Of a DNA stretch of 64,000 nucleotides, positions 27,964 to 41,790 are shown piece by piece. The translations under genes and the position numbers were made by a program. This DNA is from Octopus sinensis. Its lineage: Eukaryota. Every line of letters begins with the position of its first letter. Within the stretch, counting starts at the first letter, position 1. The stretch covers positions 87,216 through 151,215 of the forward strand of contig NW_021832122.1 of NCBI RefSeq assembly GCF_006345805.1. The letters are read 5' to 3'. The notes beneath the pieces were generated by a model that worked only from the letters and a program-made list of their open reading frames with translations, was not told the DNA's origin and ran no database searches.

Positions 27964-29301
27964 TCAATTTTTTCCATTTTCATCGATAAATCGTTCTTTG
28001 ATATATAAAATGCAATTCTCAAATTCTTCCAACACAGCTTCCTCAACCAATTCCGGATCACAACACTCAATACGGGCCAGTAAACAGTTCTTAAGCCCAT
28101 CAATCACGGCATCCGTGAATATATCGTTAAAAACACTCGCATTCCATATTCTATCTGAAGGAACCATAAGACAGGAAGAAGCCACGTCATTCTTCAACAC
28201 CTGAGCCCTCAGATTAAGATGAGGGAAATCCAATGGATTGATTGAATGCCTTCTTAATAGTTTAAATTCCGAATTCCTGCAGTCATCACAACCACAGAAG
28301 GCAGTACAGGAGACTCCATTCTAATCTTATATCCACCCAAATACCAACCGCATAACATTCGCAGTGATTCCTTAGACAACTCGACCGAGAACACGAACAT
28401 CCTTTTTTTCCAATAACTTGCTCTTTCTGAAGTGTCATTTTAGGTTTGAAGGCCGTAGGATTTCGGGCAAGAAGAGTCTGAATTGCATGAGACCGTTCTT
28501 CGTCGAATTTCTCGTTATTGTGACATCCAACACAATTACAGTTTAGACAGTACATTCCATTGGAATAACATTCACAATATCTATACTTAATAATAGCTCA
28601 TTACAGTTTAAGACATTGAGATTTTGTACAGTTGCAAGGTTTTCTGATACGTTCATGTGCTCTACTGGATAAATAAACACGTTTTTTACAGAATATTCGC
28701 CGAATATTCGATCCGTTGATTAAATGAAATATTAAAAGTGTCATTTTTAGACTGAGCCTGTAAAAACCTAAATTAAATCGAATTAACTTTAATTATAGAC
28801 TGAGAATTGTTGAGAATTGTCGGAACTGGTTTATTATTGATCGAATTCGAAGTAATTTGGGAATTAGGCGTGGTTTTTGGATGTGTTTTGGCAGGTTTTG
28901 TCGAAATTTTGACGATTCGATGCTTAGAGGGCACACTTGGTATAACAAAACCATCATCAAGCTTCACTAAAGTATTTTTCTACAAAATATCTAGGCTACA
29001 GAGACTGGGAAAAAACCATTTGGGATGATTCTTGCTCAGCAAGTCTTTCAACTCGAAATGGTGGGATTCTTGCGGTCATAAAATCACTGATAGAAGTTTT
29101 TAGAGATGTCTGAGAGTTCGAATTTAATTTTGAGGTTTCTTTGTGTTTAAACGGGTCGTCAACTGCTTGAATAGTGTTCTTAGGTTGACCTTTTCCTAAC
29201 GTCTTTATATTGACAGGGCCACGAGACTGGAAGGAATGATTTGTCCCAAATATGTTAATAGCAGGCTTTATATCCAACATTTTTTTAGATTTTTCAGACA
29301 T
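27964..29301 (-). CDS. LIN54: LIN54/tesmin CXC-domain protein, 6 exons
   Basis: [28 protein letters not shown].GCHN, hinge RNPTAFKPK, and a second CXC KGCSCSRSSCLRNHCECYA. Confidence 0.9.
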
Positions 29302-29886
29302 TATTTCTATTTTTCATTACAATTTCACTAGAAATTCATAATTCAATAATTTATAATTAAAGGGAATAATTAAATACATTAACAACCTGAACAAAATGAA
29401 ATAATGTTCAAAACCAGGCAGTGTATTTAATTATTTCTTTTGTTAATAAATAATTTTATATATAAATATAATTTAAATAAACAATATAATTTTTCAATAA
29501 AAATTATTAACAGTAACTTTTAAGTTTAAAAGCTAATGACGAAATTTTATAATTATCCAGTTTTTACAAGATTTTATTTTCCTCTGCTTCCTCATTGAGC
29601 TGGACACTAATTTTTAATATTCATCTGAACATTAGGGAATCTTAAAGTAATTTTACTTAAAATATGTAGCAGAAAATCAATATAATCTATTTAATTTTCT
29701 GTCACTTAATTAATTTATGCAGTAAATTGTTTCCGCATTGCTCAATTTAAAGTTTTTTCTAAAAATGTATTTTATTTTTAAGAGATCCATAAACGAAATT
29801 GAATACTTTTTATATATTTTTATTCCCATGTAAAAAGACCAAGGGACTATATCTGGTAGACTAAGACATGTTCATATTTTTAGATA

Positions 29887-30435
29887 CAGTGGGTCAAATT
29901 AGTCTTGAGACTCTTGTTCAATAAATAAAATTTTAGTTTCTATAGCATAACTCTATAACATAACTGCAAAGAGACTCAAAAATGGCTAGAATTAATACCA
30001 TTGAATTGGCAGGTCACTCCCCAGATCTAAATCCATTGAAAATCTTTAGAAAGAATTAAAAGCCAGAGTATGGTCACATAATCCAAAAAAAATTACGGAA
30101 TTAAAATTATTTTGTTTTGAAGAATGGAATATAATTCCCGTAGAAACTTGTCAAAAGCTTGTGAGCAATTACAAAAATCGTTTAAATGAAGTTTTGGAGA
30201 ATAAAAAATATTTTACAAAGTATTAAGGGATTTGTCCCAAGACTAATTATCATTTAATTTTATGATTGTTTGTTTAAAATGTCAAAGTTTTCTTAAAATA
30301 AATCGATTTTGGATTATTTTTAGATGTTTTATTATCTTGTTTAATTTTTTTAGCTTTTGGAATAAACAGGCACGTTAAAGGAAAGAAAATTTTATTAAAA
30401 ATAAAAAAGTGTTTCGAGACTAATTTGATCCACTG
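29887..30435 (+). mobile_element. Internally deleted Tc1 element (549 bp)
   Basis: TIRs CAGTGGGTCAAATTAGTCTTGAGAC and CAGTGGATCAAATTAGTCTCGAAAC, a TA on both sides, and residual WPGHSPDLNPIENL-type coding sequence at ~30005. Confidence 0.92.
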
Positions 30436-31086
30436 TACGACTATGGGTAAAAAAGTGCCAATAACCGGTTAGATTATCTCAAATGCTTATGCGCTATCAT
30501 TTGTTTTACTTTTCTTCAAAAATCAATATATTAATGAACATTTGTGAAATAAAAACAAAATAATTGTGGTTTTGTGAAATCAATTTTTTCTGAGATAATA
30601 TTAAAATAGGATAGTTTCACTGATATTATTTGTAATAACTTCAATAATCTTTTTATGGTTCTTTTTTTAATATTTGAACCATTTTTATGTATTAACACGG
30701 CCAACCGAAAATTGATTCTATTTAACGAAACAAGAAAACCGATTAATATAATCGTAAGACAAGGTTCAATTTAGTTAAGAAACTTTATCGAATCCAAAAC
30801 ACATGATATAATGTCAATGAATCCAGAGTAGATTTTCTATTCAACTGACAGTTGATTTTATCTAAAAATGAATTTTATTTTCATTATTGATCATTTCGTG
30901 TTCTGATTGATTTTTTTAGAATGTATCCTGCTGATAAAATTTTCAATTATCTATAATGTATTGAGAAGAAAGTAAATTAGCTTTATTTTGATTTATTGTT
31001 CTTTAAATTGTATATAGCTTGTTTTTAAAAGATTTAATATTGTTTCAGCAGAAATTTTTTTGAATTAATTCATAAAAGTGGTTGTA

Positions 31087-32288
31087 GGTACCATGCGGAT
31101 TTAAATAATTAAATTATCAAATAATTTAATAAATATTTCAAATGTTGCAACCTAGTGAGCTATTCCAGTTTTTAAATGCTTGGATTTGCATCCAATTCGT
31201 CTGTTATTTATACAGGTTATTAGGGTGTAATTTAGAGAAAAAAATAATCAAAAAAAACTATTTAATTATTTGTGCGTAAAGTTTTTTTCGAGGAAGAAAG
31301 GCTACTATGGCATCTAGCAGTTCGTCAAATGCGTTGTTCAACTCGCTTACTTGTTTTCTCTAGAGAAATTCTAAAAAATTTGTTTTAATTGTTTCTACCA
31401 GCAAAGTATAATCCCATAAAGTTGGACGAGGTCTCTGTACTTTATTGCGCCTTTTGCACTTCCCCACATTCTCTCTACAGCTTGAGTATGTGCGTGTGTC
31501 GTGGAATCGATAAAATTTTACCTAAAGAAAGAAAGTATTTAAACAAGTACTTATGATTCACTCAAATATGCGCGCAACGATGGGCATTTTCTGTTAAATA
31601 TCCTATATTTTTTTAATAGAAAAAATACATAAAAAATTGAAATCAGAAACTAATAGAGCTATATGGGACCTGGGGGTCAGTCCGACGAAGACGCACTGCG
31701 AATCGAGGGGCAGTTCCAGCGTAGAATAGAGACTGAGACGCGCTGGAAGAGCCAGCTAGCCTCCCTCCGGTCATGCGTCTTCAAGGCAATTTTATGGCGG
31801 AGCATACGCAACAACCTCTCGGCCTCCTTACCGACCACGCCAGTGGTCTCAAAAGCAAAAGCATTGACCTGTCAGGTACCATCTCCAAAAAGCATTATTT
31901 AGTTCCACGGCACACTCTCCCAAACATCTATTGTTGAAGGAGAATTCGGCTTTAATCATTTTTTTCGCTTTTGAAAACATGGTCTCATATACTTCTACGA
32001 CTTTCCCTATTCCACTTAGACATATACTATTAACTTAGTTAAAACCAATTATTAATTTAAGAGCATTGAGAAGGTATTCAGCACATACCTCTCTGAGCGA
32101 GATAGCCCAGTTGACAATTGTCTGTTCGGTCCAATTCAATTGACGTCTGCACAAAGGTATTATGTTCTTTTCGAAACTCCATAGATAGATAAAACGGATA
32201 CTAAATGCTAAAGATATTCTGGAACCTTCAAACCACGTTCCTTGAATACTAATTTTGATAATTCAATTATTTCAATCCGTATGGTGCC
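31087..32288 (-). mobile_element. Decayed Merlin (ISXO2-like) DNA transposon
   Basis: TIR-like GGTACCATGCGGATT (31087,+) and GGCACCATACGGATT (32288,-). Coding remnants QTIVNWAISLREVCAEY (32040-32150) and NFIDSTTHAHTQAVERMWGSAK (31450-31525). Confidence 0.8.
31640..31990 (-). mobile_element. CRE-like retroelement 3' fragment nested in Merlin
   Basis: ETTGVVGKEAERLLRMLRHKIALKTHDRREASWLFQRVSVSILR; the nucleotide sequence closely matches 49805-49955. Confidence 0.8.
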
Positions 32289-32663
32289 TATAACCACTTT
32301 TATGAATTAATTAAAAAAATTTCATTAATTTAATTCAACACTAAAAAGTGGATGTAGCTAACCTACGAATACCCTATATTTTTTCGCAGCTAATCATAAT
32401 ATTTTTTCGCTTATAAAAAAACTTTCATTCTTTAAAGAATGAAGTAAGGTGGATTTTCTATGGAATATCGAATTCAACTAAAAAAATAATAATTTGATGT
32501 ATTGCTATTTGTTTTTATAATTTTTTTAGTTTCAGCACTGTACCCTTGCTCAGTATAATATAAATTCTTAATTATGTTTCTCCAGTAAAACAACATGTTA
32601 ATAACCAATTTATGGAAAAATATTTAGTCCGATAAACCCTAATTATTGATAATTTCCTGGTTA

Positions 32664-33183
32664 TTAATTCCTATAACTTCCAGTGCCATAATCTGCTCCT
32701 CCGGCAAGTCGAATGGCAGTGAGCATATCCTCCTCTTTTAATTCATTTTTGTAAGAAACGGTTTTTGCAATTGCGTATGGCTAGATTTTTATTCATACAA
32801 TTTAAACTTCCAAATAAGGTGACAGCTCTGTTCTGTGACCTATTACTTTTCCTTTATTTTTGATTCCAGCCGAAGGTCCAATCCATGTGATAAAGGCAAA
32901 TTTTAACCTCTTGCTCAATTCGTCCCCAATGATGAAGCACGCATAGCAATATTGTATCTTTTTATCTAATATAATTTAAAATCGCAATACCGTCAAGGCA
33001 GTCCAACATATCCTTATAGGAGGACCCGGAATTGCTTATAGTAAGTGATTCATCTGAATCGTAGTCGAGAATCAACCTAATAGAGGTTTGACATTATCAA
33101 GTAAAACTTTACCATTTAATATCATTTTTATGATCCATGATTTCTTCTTTCTTCTCTTTTAGGGATGAATCGACGACCACCAT
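32664..33183 (-). CDS. COTL1: Coactosin-like ADF-H protein, 4 exons
   Basis: IKWLILDYD...GDELSKRLKFAFITWIGPS...LAGGADYGTG. Confidence 0.9.
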
Positions 33184-33376
33184 TTTAAATGTCGTTCAAT
33201 TCCATCATTTTATGCTTAATTTATCGCGTTGAATTGCTAATTTTAGAATTAATGAATATTAATTCATTTTTATAGATTTTACCCTAAATTAATTCGAACC
33301 CAAAAATTTTAAAGCTAAAATCAAACTCCGTTCTTAATAAACTCTTACAAGATTTTAATCCCTAAAAATTGTGCTG

Positions 33377-33930
33377 ATGGGAAGCTCGTTTTGGCCCGAG
33401 TTTGCCGGATTCTGCACTTATTAAGCGTTAGTAGGACGAAATCTTTTGTTAGTCAATGCACGAAAATTTGTTTTCTGTCTAATCAACACCGACTCGCTTG
33501 CCTCTGTGCAGGTTGCTGTCAAGGCAGTAATGCTTAGCCAAAAGCTCTTCCTTTCACTTCCATCGGGAATCTGGTAGACAAGGATTTTTTTGAACATCCC
33601 AATTTTTCTGTGTCGGGCTGAAGATCCACATTACCATACGAGCAAGGAAAATTTTTTCTACTTGCTCAGACACATTCTCACGCAGAAATCTCGCTCAGTG
33701 CTGTCGATTCTGGCAATGCGCTAAGGCAGTCGAGGATCGCAAGATGCTCAATTTCGGCCACGTTTAAAACTCGTTGTTTTTTACTCAAATCGCTTTGAAA
33801 TCCTCCGGCATCACCGACCCAATACGCTAGGCTTCTTTCGCTCGCTTAGTCCTTGATATCCGTTTGATGCTCGTCGATTCAGTTCTTTCTTGACATTTAG
33901 TCAGCGAGAGGTGCTGAATTGCACTTTCTC
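33377..33930 (+). mobile_element. Decayed CRE-like endonuclease-region fragment
   Basis: acttgctcagacacattctc...cggccacgtttaaaactcgttgtttt aligns with 57073-57200 (TCSDTFS motif after the RLE WD.TC). Confidence 0.6.
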
Positions 33931-34094
33931 GAAGGTCTACAGTGCCAGAGAAGAGGAGGAAGAAGAGAAAGAGGTGCATGCATCCTCAGTTCACTTCAAA
34001 GACTTTTTGACTGAGTTAGGTAATTGATTAGTTAATTAGTTTTTTTTATTAATAAATTTTGTTATAATTGTTATCTAGAACATTCTTGTTGTTG

Positions 34095-34642
34095 ATGTCT
34101 GATCTTACCGTTTACGAATTAGAAAAAATCGTTGCTAAGGGAGTAAGCACTGACGGGGAAACCATTTATTGTGTAAAATGGAAAAATTTTGACGAGTAAG
34201 TTCTACTTTTAATTCTTAGTGATCAAAATACTTGGGAACCTGCCGCTAACTTAAGTAAACATTCTATAACGTTGTTCAACAAATCAAATAAAAAAAAGAG
34301 ATCAAAGAGACCAAGATTGACTACTACAAAATCGCATGCCAAAAAAAGAAAAACAACATCTAGCCAAGAGTCTGTTTCTGATATGTCTTTGCCGACTAAT
34401 CACGATGCCGATACTCAGACATCGATTTTATATAAAGGAAATATAATTGAAAATGTTATTGGAGCCAGGAAAACTGAGGAAGGATTAGATTATCTTATTA
34501 AATGGCATTTTTTATGCTTATTTGTAGGAAGGATAATTCAGAACCAGAGTTCGTCTCGTCGTTGGTTGCTAGAGATTTGTGGCCTAATGAAATTTTTGAT
34601 TTTATGCTCCAACATATCTCATGGGCTGAAGATTCCGAATAA
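34095..34642 (+). CDS. HP1/CBX chromodomain plus chromoshadow protein, 3 exons
   Basis: YELEKIV...YCVKWKNFDDDQNTWEPAANL, a basic hinge, and IENVIGA...LDYLIKWKDNSEPEFV...WPNEIFDF. The second intron is GC-AG. Confidence 0.9.
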
Positions 34643-35138
34643 CTTTACTTTCTTCCTTTGTAAGAATTTTCTTTTGTGTCATTTTTACCTTGAAATTAAC
34701 TTATCAAATTAAATTTCCTATTTACTCTTGTAAAGCCATTTGTGTCTTCTTGTGATTCTATAGAGCCCTGGTACCTCAAAGCTTACTCATTTTTGCCTTT
34801 GACAATTTCTTAATCAGAGTCTGAGTCATGACTAAAGAAATTTGTTATATTTTTTAGGTTAGTTTACATTTATGAAGAAAGAGTTTAGAAAGTTAGAGTA
34901 CTTTTTAAATTTTGTTTCAATAGCAGTAATTTGAATATGCATAAAGTTTAGTCTAAAATCTGGCCAGCTCCATCGTTTTGTTTGTTTCGGAACTGTATTA
35001 ATAATTTCTATATTTTTTCTATGTTACGTTGAAAGACTTTAATTCTACGATATTTTATAACCTGAGGATCATGAAACTAAATACATTTTCTTTGAGGTCA
35101 GTTACTTTTATAATTAAATTTCTCAAAATTTTATTTCC

Positions 35139-38071
35139 ATGACAATGAGCTTTTTAGAGCAAAAACAACTTGATCAAGATTTAATTCGATATTTTAAAAA
35201 TAACAGCCTTCCAGAGATTTACGAGGTTTGTTATTATAAATTTAAACAACCAGGCTATTCTTACGGGACTAGTCGTTGTTCAACCGAAAGATCACATTAA
35301 ATTTATAATAAACTGCATTAATATCTTACGTAAAACTGATATTTCAAAATCCCGGCATGAAAAAATATTTTTATATTCTTTAGATACATGTTTGTGGAAG
35401 ATAGTCTCAAGCCAAAAATTTCAAAAATGATTCGAATCGAGGTCGCTTCCATTTTTTTCCCAGACAATGAATACGAGGTATCTATGTTTCCTAAATGATC
35501 CAAAGCCTTCCGATGAGTCTAAAAGAATTGCCTGTGCATATTACATGACTAAAATAACACAAAAATATTTCAAGTAGTTTTTTTGATTTGATTCCAAGTA
35601 AGTTGATGCAAAATCATATTCGAGAATCTTACAAGAAAAAAATTAGAACAATCATGAAGAAAAGAGTTGACGAAATGGTTCGGAAAAAGTGTTTACTTTT
35701 TTATTTCAAAACAATAAAGGTCAGGTTTATTTTTATAAATTAGGACAAATATCTCGAAATCAAGGGACGGAGAATAAGTAAATATTAAATATATATTTCA
35801 GTGTCTTTATCCATCATGAAAAAGGTTGTAACTCAATCTGTTGGTCGTCTTATGATTACTTTATGGCGCCAACAAGTTCAGGAGACCAAAAATACCCGCG
35901 AATATTTTGAGGTTTTACGATTATCCAATTTTTAATAGAAACTCGAAATTTCCGATATTTTAAATACAGGAAGTTGTTCTCAAGATTTGGTATCTGGGGA
36001 CGATGAGATCTCAATGCTTCCCATATCTTTGAGCACTGCTGTAAATTATGTTGTAAGCCTCAATTTTTGGTTAGATCTTTTCTTATTTGGACTTTCGCTC
36101 TCTTCTTCGTTGTGAATCAGTTTCCCGTTCTTGGAACGCACTTATACAGTCAAATACTTTATTGAGCAGAGTTGATTTGTTCAATTAATATTTTAGATAA
36201 ATTTTAGCGGATTTGACCATTTGTTAATATAATATGTTATAAATAATTATTTAGGCAAACCGATTCTTTCGTGTGTAAACAACTTAGACGGGCTCGTCCA
36301 TTTTTACTTTCTTTGAATTTAAAAAATTCTTTTATAAAAAGAGCAACTTTTCTAGAAATTGGATTTTGTCTAAACATCATAGACCTCAACGTGTCCAGTT
36401 GTCGGAATATCACTGTTTTCATAATTGGTAATTTACATGTTTATAGAACACTGAAATTATCAATATTGTCAAATCATGCACAAATCTTACCTATTTAAAC
36501 ATTTCCTATACAAATTTATCAGATGCTGCACTTAAGGCGATTTCAAAGTATTTTTATTCATAGAATCTTTTTAGAGAATGTAAAAGATTAAAGTTTCTGA
36601 ACATAGCATGTTGCGCTGAAATAACCGAAAAAGGAATCTATTTTCTTTCGAGGGGAGTTATGAGCAAATTTTTGACGTATCTTGATATTTCTGGATGCGG
36701 GCAGGTTAAGGTGAATGAAATACAGTATAGATCACTTACAAAGGTTTCTATGAATTAGCCAATGGATGCGTAAATGTAAAAACTTTAATAATAAATCAAG
36801 TTCCGGGAATTACTGACGAGTGTTTAAATGTATTGTTTAAATTAATATTTAAGTGCATTGGAGAAAAAATGGTACAAATCGAACACATTTCTCTCATCGG
36901 GGCTAGTCGTCTGACTGATCAAGCATTTCAATATTTGTGTGGAAATCTCAGAAACCTCAAAAAAATAGAAATTGGACGTAATTTTTTGTTCTTTTTTAAA
37001 CATTAGATAACAGTTTCATAACTAATGAAATGTTAAAATTGACTCATTTGAATATCAAATCTCTATCTTCCTTAAATTTAGTTGGCTGTTTTTCCCTGGA
37101 TGACAAAGGAATGAAAATTCTCAGTTTTCTCCCAAATTTAAGAATTCTTAATCTTTCAAATTGCATTCGGTTTTTTTAACTTTGTATAAATTCAAGAATT
37201 TCTGATACCGGTGTTAGAAACATAAGCGAAGGACCTCATGGATCTCTCCTGACCGATTTGAATCTCACCAACTGCTATTTAATTGGAAATACGGCAATTC
37301 AGTCCATATCTCGAAGGTTCCATATAATTAATTTTAATCCAGGTGCTTGGGACTTGAGAATCTAATTCTATGTTATTGTGACCAAATAGGCTCACAAGGA
37401 TTAGAATTACTATCAAATCTTAATCAATTAGTGACGTTGGATCTTTCTGGGTGTTCCTGCACTGATCAGGCAAATCATATATTATATTTACTGACTAGAC
37501 ACTTTCGGCACTCAATTCCAACCGAATGCTTTCATCACTTACTTTATCTGATTGTTCGTCTATTACGGATTATGGGCTACAGAAATTAACGTATCAATAT
37601 TTTCAGTTAGAACATCTTAGTCTTGCGAACTGCTCAGTCTTTATTTGTTTTTTCATTTTTTTAGAAAATAACGGATGCAGGAATCAAAATATTATCTCTT
37701 AATTGTAAATATTTAAAGACTCTAAAACTATCTGGTTGTTTTGGGGTAGGTAAATTATTTTATTTACCTTATAGCTTACTGATATGACTATAAAATGTAT
37801 ATCGACTGTTTGTTCTCATTTGACAAAACTAGACTTATCTGGATGCCATTTGCTTAGGTATGAAATGTACAAAATCAAAATATTAGTAACCGAGCCCTCA
37901 AACTGCTGATGTTCGGCTGCAAACAATTAGAACATTTACGATTACTTGGATGTACTGCAATTACCCCGTTTTCACAAATTACTTAATTTTAGGAAAAATG
38001 CAAAAGCTATCACTAACGTGATTAAAACTGTGGAATATTCTCTTTATAATCAAAATGATAATACTTTTTAA
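35139..38071 (+). CDS. FBXL13: F-box/LRR protein 13 (DRC6-like), ~24 exons
   Basis: N-terminal docking-type segment LIRYFKNNSLPEIYEAILTGLVVVQPKDHIKFI, F-box LPISLSTAIFSYLDFRSLLRCESVSRSW, and many cysteine-containing LRRs. Two introns are GC-AG. Confidence 0.85.
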
Positions 38072-39117
38072 ATAGTTTTGATTAATATTTCATGGATGAT
38101 AAACTAATTAAATGCCGATATTCATTTCTAATTACGATATAAAAAATATTTATAATAGTAAATACTATTTTTTTATAAAAATCCAGTTTAACATTAAAAA
38201 TTTAATAAATTCAAAATTAAAACAGAAAAATAAAAAACTCCTGAACGGATTTTTTCAAGGAAACCATTATGGAACTAAAATTTTACTGATATTTGTCAGC
38301 GACCAGTGTACTATTCTTTGCCGTAGTGAATATAAAATCCTGCGATAAAGAAAAACTTTGAAGATCGTCAAACCCTTATGCATCTTTCAATAGAGCTATG
38401 TGTGGTGAAATGATATCATGTAGTTAGATTTACTCAAAAAAAGTAAAACATCAATCAATTTAAACAATTATCTAAATCCAATTATATGATTTCAATTCAC
38501 CACATAACTATATTATCACATAGCTTTGTAGAGCCAGGAAACTATCCCAGTGTTCATTAACGATTATTCGGATGTTGAATCATTTGGTTACTTATACTTT
38601 TCTAAGATTTTTGTAGAAACAATTGCCAGAACGCAAAAAGTTAGTGGTAAAATTATTGATAGGATAAAAAACTTTGAATTCAACCGCAATCACAGATTAT
38701 GATAGCGAGAACCACAAATATTAAATTGGAATAGAGAACCCTCTTTATCGCATCTGGAGTCTCTCGGGTCATTAGAGTGCGATCCAGATGGGACTAAGAA
38801 TGTCACTCATGCATCTAATTTTTGAAAACTTTTCAAATTTCTGTAAACTTAACCAGCTAACTTAAAATGAAAATAGCAATTCTTTTTTTCTTTTTGAATG
38901 ACAGTTACCATAGCAATATAGTAATTTGAAGAAATTCGATTCTATTGAACTTTAAGATTTTTTAATAGTTATTGCTTTATCCATTTCGTATAAAAATTTT
39001 CGAAAAAATATGTCAATTTTATTCTACGTAATTTGACATTCGTTCGGAGAAAAAATAAATTCCAATAACGCCGGTAATAAATAGTTAATTTTTTAATTTT
39101 GCAAGCGTCTGTTTTGA

Positions 39118-40360
39118 ATGACATTAAGACTTGAAATAAAAGAATCAAGAGGGACTCTGAGATACAACGATAACTTTCAGGTAACTTCTGAATGTGAGAG
39201 AGTTAATAATGCCATGAAAGGCAGAGGTACATTTATAGAATGGCTAATAACGTTTAGGCACAGATGAGAGTACTCTTAGTGAGTTTCTGAGCAATACATC
39301 AAATTATCAAAAGCAACTTGTTGCCAGCCAATATAGCAAGCTATATAATAAAGTATCATGTGATACAAAATCCTCTATAAGGACTTGAGTGAACAAATCA
39401 AAAGTGAATTGAGTGGAGATTTTAGAAGACTTGCTTTGGCTCTAATGAGGTCGGATAACGAAAATTCCCAAGAGAATATTGTTTTAGCCACAAAAGTTAA
39501 AATCTTGGTTTAAGAAGAATGTAGGGAATTGGAACTAATGAAACACTTTTGATTGCCGTTCTGCTAACTAGAACGAATGCAGAAAGAGCAGAACTTATAA
39601 GGACATTTAATTCTAGTCAATTTAATAACATTCATTTTTAGGATCTAAAAAAACATTACAAGCTCTTATCAAATCAGAAACAAGTGGAATTTTGCGGACC
39701 TTCCTCACTGGATTAGTTGAAGTATGATCATAGTTATAATTCAAAATAGAAAGACAGGGATGAGTTATCCGATTCAGATAATCAAAATTATATCTATAAC
39801 AATAACGCTGAGCAGTTAGTTGACAGAGAACTTGCAAGACAGCAAGCAGAGAGCCTCAATGAACTTTTCAACACAAAAGGAAAGATTAAGGACACCAGCT
39901 TATTTAATGAAATCTTTGTCGATCAAAACCGATATCAGGCTGCGGCTTGCATTCAGGAATATCGAGCTGTATTCAAAAATTTTTGAAATTCTTAAGTTAT
40001 CGAACAATGATTTTTTAAAGTCAGTCAATAATAAAGTTAACAGTGATGCTCAGAAACTATTGGAACTTGTTTGTAAGTTAAACAAAAATTAAATTCTAGA
40101 CTCGTGGACTATCCATCCAGTAGGATTCTACAGTTCTCTTCTACAGAAATCTTTTCAAGGGACCGGGACCGACGAAGATTTGTTGAATTTTGTAATTGTC
40201 AGTCGACGCGAGGTGACGGAATTGTAGTTTTGACATATAGAGGGATTTATTGAATATTTCTGAGGAATATGAGAGATTGACTGGAAAAGCACTTTCTAAT
40301 TCGATTCAAAGCGAGTCTTCTGGCGACTATCGCAAATTACTAATGAGCCTTATCTGTTAA
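39118..40360 (+). CDS. Annexin, 9 exons
   Basis: Repeats MKGRGTDE...SELSGDFRRL, GIGTNE...SETSG and GTGTDE...SESSGDYRKLLMSL. Confidence 0.95.
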
Positions 40361-41529
40361 TCTTTAATCTAACTAACAGTAACTTTATTAATTCCTAAAA
40401 TGGTTTTTGGTGCAATAATTATTTTATTAAAAGTTCAGTTTATTGCTTTTTCACATGTTAACATTTAATCAATTTTTTGATTAATTTGATGTACTTTTTA
40501 TTTTTAGTTGGATTAATACAGACCTGATTTATAGTTTAAGGGTTCTGGGGTTAGGGAGATTAAAAATAAAAACGACCTTTATTAATAAAAAGAAAATAAT
40601 TAATTGCCTAATTAAATACTGACCCTTTGAAGTGGGGAGGGTGTGGCACTAATGCACCTCCTTCCCTTTTTTCTCCTTTTCTTTAAAAGTAGAAATAAAT
40701 TTATGTACAATAATATTAGATATCTTACAAAAAACAAATGAATGTTCATATTTAAAAAATAGATTATTTTATTAGGGACAATGGGATTGCAAACCATTCC
40801 GATTTTTTTCATGCTGAATTCTGAATTACGGAAACCCCGAAGTCTTAAAATAGATAAATTGTAAAGAAACTTTAAAAAAATATGATAATGCGTATAAGTT
40901 TAAATACAATGCATATACTTTTGCTATATCAACGTAAATTGTTCTGCTGGATAGAGTTCAGGATTTTTTTTGAATATGGAAACCAATCTTAGTAACAATC
41001 GTTCTAGCTTGAAAAATCTCCCCAAAAATCCAAAATTCTAAAAAATAATCAAAATTGTGAGAATTCAAAAAGATAAAAAATCAAAGTACTTAAAAAATAG
41101 ATGTCTTGTAAACTTTGGCAAAGAAACAGGAGAGCTCACTTTTTCTTATTGGGTGTAGTTTTATTAATCAAAAAGGTCTATGCTGACAAATTTATAACTA
41201 AAATTTCTTTACTATTTTGTTAAAAAGCGATTTACCTTAGAGCGTGCCATATATTTAAATCTTTTTCCATTTTTGGTGATTTTACCCCTCTTCGTATAAC
41301 ATGTCAACATTTTCTTTAACTTTAAAACGTTTTGCGATTTTTCGAAGGTTTTCAAGAAGAACCACCAGAAGTTTAGTCCTTGCTTCTAAAATAAAGTGGT
41401 TCTCAATGGCAGCGTTTATAGATGTGACCAAATAGCTTACGGATGTCGAAAAATCGTATTTCACCTATAATATGAAAAGAGATGTATCTTAAATTATTCA
41501 ATAATTTTGAAATTGAAAAAATATTAATC

Positions 41530-41790
41530 ACAGCTGAACTTGTCTAAACCGGACCCTAACGATATTGTGAAAATCTTCCGGTTTATGAAGGTGACTACGT
41601 AACTGGCAGCTGGTTGATTTTGAATCTCCAGGATGATGAGATTTTCTAATAACAAAAAGTTCAAGTTTTTGTCTATATCATTGCAGGAAAACATGACTGT
41701 CAAACGCTTCTTGGAGAGCTTATCATCAGACTTATTGGCACTTTTGTCCGAAAGAGTTTTGTCAAGTGAATTTAAATTGAAAAAGAATTA
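41530..41790 (-). mobile_element. Degenerate Tigger DDE_1 fragment
   Basis: DKTLSDKSANKSDDKLSKKRLTVMFSCN resembles the pogo DKTL...K.SK.RLTV..C.N motif. Confidence 0.55.

Noticed and set aside
34690-35070. Possible small minus-strand gene between HP1 and FBXL13
   Set aside because: An open stretch (KRWSWPDFRLNF) exists, but no coherent start, splice and stop model and no family match.
38270-38800. Signal-peptide-like frame with in-frame TGA codons (possible recoding or selenoprotein)
   Set aside because: No SECIS and no homology; all well-supported genes here use TGA as stop.
40630-40685. G-rich hairpin followed by T-runs
   Set aside because: Imperfect stem with no ncRNA or TE-end signature.
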